Source: a virus. From it: DNA of 35,928 bases. Below are positions 24,266 through 31,897 of this stretch, in pieces. Made by a program: the position numbers and the translations under genes. The notes beneath the pieces are model-generated. The model was not told the DNA's origin. It did not search any database and worked only from the letters and a program-made list of their open reading frames with translations. The stretch lies in IMG/VR virus record IMGVR_UViG_3300025842_000306, one strand, 5' to 3'. Numbering within the stretch: the first letter of the stretch is position 1; each line of letters opens with the position of its first letter.

Positions 24266-25642
24266 TCACCCAGGGAAGTGCTTGCCGGTTACCGCATGAA
24301 TCGCGCGCTGTCCGGTGTATTCCTGCCAGCGACGGATGATGACGTCGACGTAGTTCGGCGACAGCTCCGACAGGCGCGCTTTCATTTTTAGGCGCTCCGC
24401 TGCCATGAGCGTTGAACCCGAGCCGCCGAAGCAATCCAGCACGATGTCCCCGCTCTGCGCGCTGTTGCGCAGCATGCGCTCGATCAGCGCGACCGGCTTC
24501 ATGGTTGGATGGACGTCGTTGCGCCTTGGCTTGTCCTCGACGATCACTGAGGTCAGCAGCTCCTCGATTTCCGCCTTGCCCTCCACCACGAATATGCCCC
24601 CCCCCAGGTGCAATTCCCACTTTCCGTCTGCACGCTTGACGAACGGTGAGCCATCGCCCATGTGCTCGATGGTGGTTTTTTTACGCCCTCCGAACCAGCG
24701 GTGCGCGCCGCCAATCTTCCATCCGTACAGGATCGGCTCGTGGATCCACTGGTAATCCGACCGCCCGAGCACTAGCGTGTTCTTGCGCCAGATCACAACG
24801 CCGGACAGCTTGAATCCGTTGTTCAGCATTTCGCGGGTGAAGTTGGAGCGCTCGGTCTCGGCGTGGGCGACGTAGATGGCCGCTCCCGGCTTCATCACAG
24901 TGAAGGCGGCGCGGTAGAAGTCGCCGAGAAACTGTGCAAAGCTGGCGTCATCCATGTCGTCGTTGAGAATGCGCGAGGTGTTTCTCTGCGTGCGTCCGTT
25001 GTCTCCGTTATTCAGGAACTCTGCCTTGTCTCCATAGGCGACGTTGTACGGCGGATCAGTCCAGCAGACGTCTGCCATCTCGCTATCCATCAGCGCGGCC
25101 ATCGCGGTCGGCGTGGTGCAATCCCCGCAGATAAGGCGGTGCATCCCAAGATTCCAGACGTCACCCAGCACGCTGACCGGGTCGGTCACTGGGGGTGGAC
25201 AATCTTCCGGGTCTTTGCCTGACACTTCGTCGGCGATGCCGAGCATGGAATCCAAGTCCTCGTTGCTGAAACCGAGCAAGTCCAGCGCGAATCCATCCTG
25301 CTGCAGCTCCTTGATTTCGGCAGACAGGATGTCGTTATCCCACCCCGCCTGCAGCGCGAGCTGGTTGTCCGCGATCACGTAGGCCTTTTTCTGGGCCTCT
25401 GTCAGCCAATCGACCCGTAGGCATGGTACTGACCCCACCCCGATGCTTTGCGCGGCCAAAACGCGCCCGTGGCCAGCCACAATGCCGCCCTGCCCGTCAA
25501 TCAGCACCGGGTTGGTGAAGCCGAACTCCTGAATGCTGCGCGCGATCTGGGCGATCTGCTCTTTTGAGTGGGTGCGGCTGTTGCGGGCGTAAGGCACAAG
25601 CGCGGTGACGGCCAGCATTTCGATCTTGTCTTGCACTTTCAT
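24266..25642 (-). CDS. ParB-like nuclease domain fused to an N6-adenine/N4-cytosine DNA methyltransferase
   Basis: The ParB-N part reads LVPYARNSRTHSKEQIAQIARSIQEFGFTNPVLID..GIVAGHGRVLAA. The MTase has motif IV TDPPY before motif I LDCFGGSGST (beta-class order). AAGGAG RBS at the ATG at 25642; the longer tracked ORF looks like a spurious extension. Confidence 0.85.
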   Translation of the reverse strand: MKVQDKIEMLAVTALVPYARNSRTHSKEQIAQIARSIQEFGFTNPVLIDGQGGIVAGHGRVLAAQSIGVGSVPCLRVDWLTEAQKKAYVIADNQLALQAGWDNDILSAEIKELQQDGFALDLLGFSNEDLDSMLGIADEVSGKDPEDCPPPVTDPVSVLGDVWNLGMHRLICGDCTTPTAMAALMDSEMADVCWTDPPYNVAYGDKAEFLNNGDNGRTQRNTSRILNDDMDDASFAQFLGDFYRAAFTVMKPGAAIYVAHAETERSNFTREMLNNGFKLSGVVIWRKNTLVLGRSDYQWIHEPILYGWKIGGAHRWFGGRKKTTIEHMGDGSPFVKRADGKWELHLGGGIFVVEGKAEIEELLTSVIVEDKPRRNDVHPTMKPVALIERMLRNSAQSGDIVLDCFGGSGSTLMAAERLKMKARLSELSPNYVDVIIRRWQEYTGQRAIHAVTGKHFPG

Positions 25643-25905
25643 TTGATTCTCCTTTTCGATTCTTGTTCGCGTTCTGCTTTTGTGCGGATGACCATGTCGG
25701 CCAGGCTGATGCTGTTGGTGACGGGTTTGAATGGGGTGCCGACTTCGTGTTCGCCTTCGGTGGCGTGAAACCAGTCTGGGAAGCCTTGCATGCCGAGGCG
25801 GATGCTGTTGTTGATGCTCTCGGTGCCGAAGGCTTCGCGGAGCTGGTCTATCCAGGCGGCGGTGAGCGGCATGGCTTGGCGCATGGGTTTGGTTTTTTCG
25901 GTCAT
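25639..25905 (-). CDS. Hypothetical protein (88 aa)
   Basis: ATGA overlap with the methyltransferase start. The ATG at 25905 lies 5 nt after the last iteron. No SD sequence seen. Confidence 0.5.
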   Translation of the reverse strand: MTEKTKPMRQAMPLTAAWIDQLREAFGTESINNSIRLGMQGFPDWFHATEGEHEVGTPFKPVTNSISLADMVIRTKAEREQESKRRIK

Positions 25906-25910
25906 GATGG

Positions 25911-26169
25911 GTGTTCCGCAAGTGTTCCGCTTGTTCCGCTTCGTTAAAATCGCTGAACACCAATGGCGGCGGGGGTGTTCTGCTTGTTCCGTATGTTCCG
26001 CGAAAAAATGTACGCGTGAGAGAGGTGATTTATTTACTCTGCGGCTTTGTTTATGCGCGCGCGCGCGGGCGCGTTTCCACGGAACAAGCGGAACACAGAG
26101 AACACCCCCGCGCTTATTGGCTTGCGTGGCTTTTGGAGTTACGGAACAAGCGGAACACTTGCGGAACAC
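25911..26169. repeat. Iteron array: about 12 copies of (G)TGTTCCGC in two inverted clusters around an A/T-rich plus alternating-GC core
   Basis: 25911-25938 (gtgttccgcaagtgttccgcttgttccg) is the exact reverse complement of 26142-26169. An inner pair lies at 25971-25992 and 26079-26109. The core holds tgatttatttactc and gcgcgcgcgcgcgggcgcg. Confidence 0.85.
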
Positions 26170-26180
26170 TAGGGCCGAAG

Positions 26181-28622
26181 TCATGGTTTCGCCCGATCAT
26201 TAAGTGCGTCGCGGAAGGTTTGGATGCTGTCAGAGATCCACTTTGTCTCGGTGGCGTCCCCCGGCATGGTGGCTTTGTGCTGGATGAGCGCGGCGTCTGG
26301 CGGGATATAGACCCAAGCCGCTTCACGTTTTCCGTTTGGCATGTAGATCTGCGTTCGCTTTCTTTGCCATCCGGGCATGCGCGTCATCATTCCGCCGAAT
26401 TGGCGCAGCGATCTGGGGTTGCGTTCGTTGGTCTCGCGCACCCAACTCATGTACCCTTTGAAAAGGTCTTTGACCTCGACCGGGCAGACAGGGAATCCGG
26501 TGTCGCCTTCGAGGTATTGACCGACGAATTCGCGCTCGCCGCTGTTGCTGAGGGTGATTAGTTTGCGCTTGGCGTCGGTCATGGGCGGCCGCTTCTTGGG
26601 GTGGAAGTCGCCGAGATCGAGTGTCATCAGGTGGTGGTAGAAGGCTTGCACGCCGCCGTTGTCCAGCTCAAGATAAAGGGAATCGTAGAATTCTTCGCCG
26701 ACCTGCGGCGGAGTCCAGACCACGAGGTGGCGGCGGTCATCGTTTTCGATGGGCAGCGGCTGGTCGTCGTTAGAGAGGTAGACGATGTTGAGTTGGTTGC
26801 GCTGGCGATAGGCGGCGATGTTCTTGGGGTTTATGCGTATCCACTCGCCGGTGACGAGCTCTTTGAGTTCGTTCTTGATGTGCCACATCTCGGCGCGTGT
26901 GACGACTTCTTCGGCGAGGATGAAGAGTTTGGAGTCTGACCAGTCGCTGTTGAATTTGTCTTCCAGGCCGCGCTGGTTGAGTACGGTGGCGTAGTTGCCG
27001 TATATCTTGGCGAGCGTTTGGAAGACGGTGGATTTACCCGTGCCCTGCGGGCCGTGCATGATGACGGCGCTGGACATTTTGGCGCCCGGGTGCTGCAGCG
27101 GGTAGGCCATCCACCGCATGATCCAGGTGAATACTTCCTTGCCATTCTCTTCTTCGCTGCACAGGTATTCGATGGTTTCCAGCAGCATGTCGCAGCGCCC
27201 TTGCTTTGGCTCGATCGGCCATCCTTGCCAGGTGTTGAGCAGGCAGTTCTTGTCGCTCCCGGACGGGTCGAACCCGACCTGATCAAGATAGTACGCGCCC
27301 CGCTGCACCCACATCGGGTCGCGCTTGATGTCGTCCCAGCGCACCCCGGCGGGCAGCACGGAGAGCATGGCGTCCTTGAGCGCGAGCTTGTTCGTCCAGG
27401 TGTCGAACAGCGTCTTGCCGGTGCCGTCGTCGATCGGGATGAAGCGATTGATGGCGTCGTCCATCAGCATGACGGATTGCGCGCGCTTGCGCTTATCCCC
27501 TCCCCCTTGTGGATTTTCTCCCGCGACTACTGGTGCGCGCTCGTTCCATTTCAGCTCGTCGAGCTTTGTGTTGATCTGGTTCGCCAGCGTCAGGGTAATC
27601 CCTGTCATCACGGCGAGGTCGTTGTAGTCGGTGAGCTTCTTCCCGTCGCGCGGATCTGTGCCGTCGTCGGCGAGAAAGTTCGGCTTCGTCCAGGCGCAAA
27701 GATCGATTGCGGAGGCGGCTTGAGAGGCGGCGGTGCAGCCGGGGTTGCCTTCGGTCAGGTAGTCGTCATCGGCGCAGATGAGGATGCGCAGCGCGGGGTA
27801 GGATTTGCGCAGCGCCTTGGCGGCCTTGATCAGGTTGTTGGCGCTGAATGCGTATGCAACGGTCTGGCCGGTGGCGTCTGCCAGGCTGGCGCCGGTGGCG
27901 AATCCCTCGCAAAACAGCAGGATGCCGTTGCGCTTGATGTGACCGATCAGGCCGAAGGTGCCGGACATGGCCATGCCACTCGGCCAGAACTCTTTGTCGC
28001 GCCCGGTCTTGACGCGGCGCGGGTGTTCCTTTGGCAGGATGAACTGCAGGCCGCACACTTCGGCGTGCGTGTTGTGCATGGGGATGACCAGCGAGCCTTT
28101 CGCGCTGCTGATGCGGTATTCGTTCGCCTCATCCAGCCCGGTCAGCGTCATGCCTTCCAGTGACTGCAGCATGCGCGCGCCGTTCGGCTTGATCTGCTTG
28201 CGCGCCAGGTACTCGTGCTCGGTAGCCGGTGCGCAGTGCTCCCACACATTGGCAGCCCAACGCGCGGCTCGTTTGGCTTCTGCGGCGCGGTCTGCCTCGA
28301 CCTGCTTGTTGAGCAGCGCTTGCTTGGCTTTGATGGCGGCCAAATCCTCCTTGCTTAATCCGTTGCCGGTGCCGTCATCTTTCGGCAACTCGATCCTTTG
28401 TTTGCCATCGTCGTTGCCGTGCCAAACGCCGAACGCTCCGACCAGATAGGTGTTGCCCTTCGGTGATGTCCAATCCCCCAGCTTCGACCACCCGCGCTTC
28501 TCGCGGTCTTCACCATCCACCAGCCAGCGCTGGATGCGGCCGCTGGTGTCGAGCTGCTTGTCGATGATCAGCCCGAGCGCGAGCAGTTGCGCCCTGGCGT
28601 CGTCGTAGTTGGTGTAGTTCAT
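26181..28622 (-). CDS. Bifunctional primase-helicase (TOPRIM primase plus D5/P4-alpha-like SF3 helicase), 813 aa
   Basis: TOPRIM-like LLFCEGFATGASL ... ILICADDDY. The C-terminal half carries Walker A VIMHGPQGTGKST, a D5_N-like region and Walker B LFILAEE. Confidence 0.85.
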   Translation of the reverse strand: MNYTNYDDARAQLLALGLIIDKQLDTSGRIQRWLVDGEDREKRGWSKLGDWTSPKGNTYLVGAFGVWHGNDDGKQRIELPKDDGTGNGLSKEDLAAIKAKQALLNKQVEADRAAEAKRAARWAANVWEHCAPATEHEYLARKQIKPNGARMLQSLEGMTLTGLDEANEYRISSAKGSLVIPMHNTHAEVCGLQFILPKEHPRRVKTGRDKEFWPSGMAMSGTFGLIGHIKRNGILLFCEGFATGASLADATGQTVAYAFSANNLIKAAKALRKSYPALRILICADDDYLTEGNPGCTAASQAASAIDLCAWTKPNFLADDGTDPRDGKKLTDYNDLAVMTGITLTLANQINTKLDELKWNERAPVVAGENPQGGGDKRKRAQSVMLMDDAINRFIPIDDGTGKTLFDTWTNKLALKDAMLSVLPAGVRWDDIKRDPMWVQRGAYYLDQVGFDPSGSDKNCLLNTWQGWPIEPKQGRCDMLLETIEYLCSEEENGKEVFTWIMRWMAYPLQHPGAKMSSAVIMHGPQGTGKSTVFQTLAKIYGNYATVLNQRGLEDKFNSDWSDSKLFILAEEVVTRAEMWHIKNELKELVTGEWIRINPKNIAAYRQRNQLNIVYLSNDDQPLPIENDDRRHLVVWTPPQVGEEFYDSLYLELDNGGVQAFYHHLMTLDLGDFHPKKRPPMTDAKRKLITLSNSGEREFVGQYLEGDTGFPVCPVEVKDLFKGYMSWVRETNERNPRSLRQFGGMMTRMPGWQRKRTQIYMPNGKREAAWVYIPPDAALIQHKATMPGDATETKWISDSIQTFRDALNDRAKP

Positions 28623-29335
28623 CGCGCCGTCCTCATGGCATTGGCGAAGGCGGCATCGAAGTTCGTCTGAAACTCGGCGCGCACAATCTTATCAGCCGTG
28701 TGCTGCAGATCGAGAACCTTGCGGTAGTTGGCAGACTTCACGAAGATGAACATCGCGGCCAATGCGCCGCGCGCGACGCGCTTGTAGATGCCTGGAACAA
28801 GGTGCGACTGAGCGCCGACCGGGACGATGAAGTAACCAACCAGCGCGACCTTCTTGCCGCGCCCCTTGAACACCTGCATGCGCGAGCGCAGTGCGCCAAG
28901 CATCTCGCCGATCTCTTTGCGGTTTGGGTTGCCGTAGGCGTCCTTCTTGATTCCACCACCAGGTATCGCGCGCCAGCCTGACGGCATTCCACTCATCGCG
29001 ATGATGGCCTTCTCGTATGGCTTGTTCCCGCGCAGTCCGCCGGTGAAGTGTTCCTTGAGCAGCACCGCAGGAGCGGTTCCGCTGGACGGCTTTTGGTCTT
29101 TCAGTCCGATCGTTGCTTCCAGCTTTGCCTTCGTCGCCGATGTCGAGAACGTCGCGCGCTTCGTGTACGGGCTGGCCGACTTGAACGCGTCTGCCATGTC
29201 TGCCTGCAGTCGTTTCTCTACCGACTTCGCCGTCTTGGTGATCGCCTGCGCCGCCGCGAACGGAACCTGCTTCTGCCCCATCTCGCTCAGCATGCGCTTC
29301 AGCGCATCCATTCCTTCGATCTTGACCGTCAGCAT
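28619..29335 (-). CDS. Hypothetical protein (238 aa); the N-terminus is faintly HK97-gp10-like
   Basis: ATGA overlap with the primase start. MLTVKIEGMDALKRMLSEMGQKQVPFAAAQAITKTAKSV resembles the start of gp10-type neck proteins. This is a weak similarity judged by eye only. Confidence 0.5.
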   Translation of the reverse strand: MLTVKIEGMDALKRMLSEMGQKQVPFAAAQAITKTAKSVEKRLQADMADAFKSASPYTKRATFSTSATKAKLEATIGLKDQKPSSGTAPAVLLKEHFTGGLRGNKPYEKAIIAMSGMPSGWRAIPGGGIKKDAYGNPNRKEIGEMLGALRSRMQVFKGRGKKVALVGYFIVPVGAQSHLVPGIYKRVARGALAAMFIFVKSANYRKVLDLQHTADKIVRAEFQTNFDAAFANAMRTAR

Positions 29336-29622
29336 GAACCGCCCGCCGAGTTGACCAACTTTGGAAAGCCACACCCTAGACAAACATCGGGGTGCGGATT
29401 ACCCGCAAGGGATGAGGCCAGGGAGTACCTTTTACCTGGTGCACAAGGGCCCGTTGCAACTGTTGCAACGGGCGCGCAACTGTGTGTGCCACCGAGCCGC
29501 TTCTTGTTTCGCAGGGGGATGGGGATTGAAATGGGGGCAACCATGCGGCCAATGCTTGAGTTATGGCTACGCGCTGGGCGCGCTGGCTGCTGCGCTACAT
29601 GTTCGCAGAGGAGGTTGAACAT
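29329..29622 (-). CDS. Possible small ORF (97 aa) filling the CII-like to 28619 gap; doubtful
   Basis: TGATG coupling to the CII-like stop, and it ends 6 nt inside the next gene. However, the composition is odd, GC3 falls in the second half, and it contains a 25-nt palindrome. Confidence 0.25.
   Translation of the reverse strand: MFNLLCEHVAQQPARPARSHNSSIGRMVAPISIPIPLRNKKRLGGTHSCAPVATVATGPCAPGKRYSLASSLAGNPHPDVCLGCGFPKLVNSAGGSC
29449..29473. promoter_or_regulatory. Perfect 12-bp-arm palindrome containing two GTTGCAAC motifs
   Basis: GCCCGTTGCAAC-t-GTTGCAACGGGC. GTTGCAAC is itself palindromic. Confidence 0.5.
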
Positions 29623-30077
29623 CACTGGATTTCTTTGTGGGCGCGATGGGGTGTGTGCTGCACGGTAGAGTTCAACCGGTCAAGCGCCTGGTGCGCATCG
29701 TGTATCTGCTTTGCGATCGCGGCGCGCTCGGTCTCGGTGATCTTGCCGTCTGCCAGCGCCGCCTGAATCTCACGCGACACATCGCCATGCTCTGCATCAG
29801 CTGACAACACAGCCGCCACAATGCTCTCCGCATCCGGCAATTGCTTTCGCTCCAGCATATAGCCGCGCATCTCTGCCAACACAGCCAGGATGCGATCATC
29901 GTCGGTCGCATCCATCATCGCCAACGCCTCGCGTAGATTGAGGTGGAACGATTCCGTAGTCGGGCACACTTTATTGCGCAACACCTGCTCACGAACACCG
30001 ATGCGCCGAGCCAGCGCCGGCAATCCGCCCGGCGCATCATGCGCCGTCTGATGCACTGCAATATCCAATTGATCCAT
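29622..30077 (-). CDS. CII-like phage regulatory protein (CP76-type), N-terminal HTH
   Basis: GGLPALARRIGVREQVLRNKVCP is an HTH, followed by a helical C-terminal half. Position after cro as in lambdoid phages. Confidence 0.5.
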   Translation of the reverse strand: MDQLDIAVHQTAHDAPGGLPALARRIGVREQVLRNKVCPTTESFHLNLREALAMMDATDDDRILAVLAEMRGYMLERKQLPDAESIVAAVLSADAEHGDVSREIQAALADGKITETERAAIAKQIHDAHQALDRLNSTVQHTPHRAHKEIQ

Positions 30078-30154
30078 TATTTGAAATCCCCCCTGACAAT
30101 CATTGAACGAAACCAGCTACAGACCTACAGTGAAACTATGAACACACTCACCAG

Positions 30155-30189
30155 AAAAAAATGCCACCCGACCGCAAGGCCGGATGGCA
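30155..30189 (-). terminator. Rho-independent terminator between the cro-like and CII-like genes (tR1-like position)
   Basis: The minus strand reads TGCCATCCGGCC-ttgc-GGTCGGGTGGCA followed by TTTTTTT. The stem is 12 bp including two G-U pairs. Confidence 0.75.
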
Positions 30190-30193
30190 CCAA

Positions 30194-30209
30194 CCGCGCT
30201 TTCGCGCGG
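30194..30209 (-). other. CCGCGC-GAAA-GCGCGG hairpin (GNRA tetraloop) just upstream of the terminator
   Basis: Perfect 6-bp GC stem with a GAAA loop on the transcribed strand. Confidence 0.5.
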
Positions 30210-30249
30210 ACTTCGCTCAGGGAGGAGGAAGGCTGTATCGAGGCGCGCA

Positions 30250-30468
30250 TCATGCGGCCTCCTTTGTTCGTTCTTCTTCCGGGTAGTCGCCAAATATGTC
30301 TGGGCGCAAATCCTCTCTAGGAATACCAGTGAGCTTTGACACTGCAGCAACACGATCCAAAGGCACCTTTTCCCATTGCGACACTGCGCCGCGTGATAGG
30401 CCAAGCTGAGTTGACAAGGAAACAACCCCGCCAACCTTTGCTGCAATTTCTTTTATGGAGATAGTCAT
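30250..30468 (-). CDS. cro: Cro-like / YdaS-type HTH regulator (72 aa)
   Basis: GGVVSLSTQLGLSRGAVSQWEKVPLDRV...LRPDIF fits the Cro/YdaS pattern. Divergent from the cI-like gene. The start at the ATG at 30468 has no SD. Confidence 0.7.
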   Translation of the reverse strand: MTISIKEIAAKVGGVVSLSTQLGLSRGAVSQWEKVPLDRVAAVSKLTGIPREDLRPDIFGDYPEEERTKEAA

Positions 30469-30479
30469 GATGGAGCGCA

Positions 30480-30533
30480 GTTTAATACTACTAAACACAC
30501 AATGTCAAGCGTCACTAAACCATATTGATTTAG
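30480..30533. promoter_or_regulatory. Immunity switch region with two operator-like dyads and divergent promoters
   Basis: O1 is GTTTAatactacTAAAC (30480-30496). O2 is CTAAAccatattgaTTTAG (30515-30533). TTGACA lies on the minus strand at 30503-30508 and TACAAT on the plus strand at 30542-30547. Confidence 0.55.
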
Positions 30534-30553
30534 AACGGCTATACAATTCGAGA

Positions 30554-30862
30554 ATGACTATCGGCGCACGCTTAAAGGAACTAAGGGAACACAACAATCT
30601 CTCCGGTGAAAAGTTTGGGGAGTTGTGTGGCGTGTCGAAAGGAATGGTCTCTCAATGGGAGACCAATCTTGTCACCCCACCAGCAGACAGGTTGTTGTTA
30701 TTGCAAAAGACGCTGGATTTTTCTATCGACTGGATATACACAGGGAAAACATCCATCGCCGATGAAATCTCCAGACGCCTTGGCGTGAAAGAGAGGCAAG
30801 CCTGGTATCGGGCAGGGAATTCGCTTGCTGAACCAGAAGAAGGAACAAACGGTAAGCAATAA
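30554..30862 (+). CDS. cI-like repressor, XRE HTH only (102 aa, no S24 peptidase domain)
   Basis: IGARLKELREHNNLSGEKFGELCGVSKGMVSQWETN. The ATG lies about 7 nt after a TACAAT -10, so the mRNA may be leaderless. Confidence 0.7.
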   Translation: MTIGARLKELREHNNLSGEKFGELCGVSKGMVSQWETNLVTPPADRLLLLQKTLDFSIDWIYTGKTSIADEISRRLGVKERQAWYRAGNSLAEPEEGTNGKQ

Positions 30863-30912
30863 CATCCTTAAAATCCAAATCCAACTCAGCTTTGATTTCA
30901 CAGGGGAGAAAC

Positions 30913-31758
30913 ATGGCAATATCAAAGAAGGTCTCCGACCGCTTGGCTCAGCAGCTCAGGAAGTATCAGTCCATCCTTTCAGACGCAAAGGACCGTGATG
31001 TCAGCGAATCGGATACCGTGGTCATTATTGGCGATATGTTGGCCGATCTGCTTGGTTATAAGAAATACATCGAGATCACAACTGAATTCGCTATTCGCGG
31101 AACCTATGTTGATCTGGCTGTTAAAGTTGGTAGCGATGTGCGCTTCCTGCTGGAGGCCAAAGCTATCGGGCAAACGCTAAAAGATAACCACGTCAAACAA
31201 GCCATCGACTACGGGGCGAACCATGGCATCGAGTGGATCGTGCTCACCAATGGCGCGGTGTGGCAGGTATACAAAATCCACTTCCGCCAACCCATCGATA
31301 AATCACTAATTTTCGAAATCGACCTACTCCAAGCCAGCGCAAAGAATCCGCAATTCATTGAATGCTTCGGCAACCTCAGCCGCGAGGGGTTCACACAATC
31401 ATCTATGACCGCCTTCTTCCAGCAGCAACAAGCCACCAGCAAATTCTCCATTGCCGCCCTACTCACCAGCGAACCGATGCTGCAATCCCTGCGCAGGGAG
31501 CTGCGCAAGGTCAGCGGCAACATCAAGATCGAGAACGACCAACTGGTGCGCATCTTGCAAAACGACGTACTGAAACGCGAAACAGTTGACGGAGACGAGG
31601 CCAAACAGGCGCAGGACTTCCTGAAAAAATCACTAAAATCAGCCGAAAAATCCAAGGCAAAAGTAACAATGAAACCGGCGCCATCCTCATTGGCTGCGCC
31701 GTCTGGAGACGCAGCAGCCAATATCAATCACTCACCAGATGCGATGCGGCCGGAATAA
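30913..31758 (+). CDS. Stand-alone PD-(D/E)xK nuclease of the type I restriction HsdR N-terminal (HSDR_N) type, with a ~130-aa helical/charged C-terminal region
   Basis: SESDTVVIIGDMLADLLGY...YVDLAV...FLLEAKA...QAIDYG...IVLTNGAVWQVY matches the E..D..LGY / D-x-EAK / Q..Y / TNG..W..Y pattern. GGGGAG RBS. Visibly more A/T-rich than the rest of the phage. Confidence 0.7.
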   Translation: MAISKKVSDRLAQQLRKYQSILSDAKDRDVSESDTVVIIGDMLADLLGYKKYIEITTEFAIRGTYVDLAVKVGSDVRFLLEAKAIGQTLKDNHVKQAIDYGANHGIEWIVLTNGAVWQVYKIHFRQPIDKSLIFEIDLLQASAKNPQFIECFGNLSREGFTQSSMTAFFQQQQATSKFSIAALLTSEPMLQSLRRELRKVSGNIKIENDQLVRILQNDVLKRETVDGDEAKQAQDFLKKSLKSAEKSKAKVTMKPAPSSLAAPSGDAAANINHSPDAMRPE

Positions 31759-31897
31759 ATACTGCACCAAGTCGATGCGCGACATGATGCGCGTTAAAGA
31801 ATAATTGACCAACTGACTGCCGACCCACTCACACAAACCAGCCATATCCCGCCCAAGATAATTCTTAAGCTCTTTCAGCATCACACACCTCTAAATT

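Noticed and set aside
26055-26075. Alternating gcgcgcgcgcgcgggcgcg tract and the surrounding repeats, considered as a CRISPR-like or simple-sequence array
   Set aside because: There is no repeat-spacer periodicity. The 9-mers are iterons in inverted clusters, treated as an ori/cos candidate instead. No CRISPR array, rRNA or IS element was seen anywhere in the window.
27018-28163. 381-aa plus-strand ORF antisense to the primase-helicase
   Set aside because: Shadow ORF of high-GC coding DNA. The minus frame has TOPRIM and Walker A/B motifs.
31732-31881. 49-aa minus-strand ORF (MLKELKNYLGRDMAGL...) with a GAGGTG RBS, convergent with and overlapping the nuclease gene 3' end
   Set aside because: It would need a promoter inside the terminator and PL-like promoter region, and none is apparent. 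It is short and unrecognised. Kept only as a remote possibility, for example an antisense-encoded partner of the nuclease.
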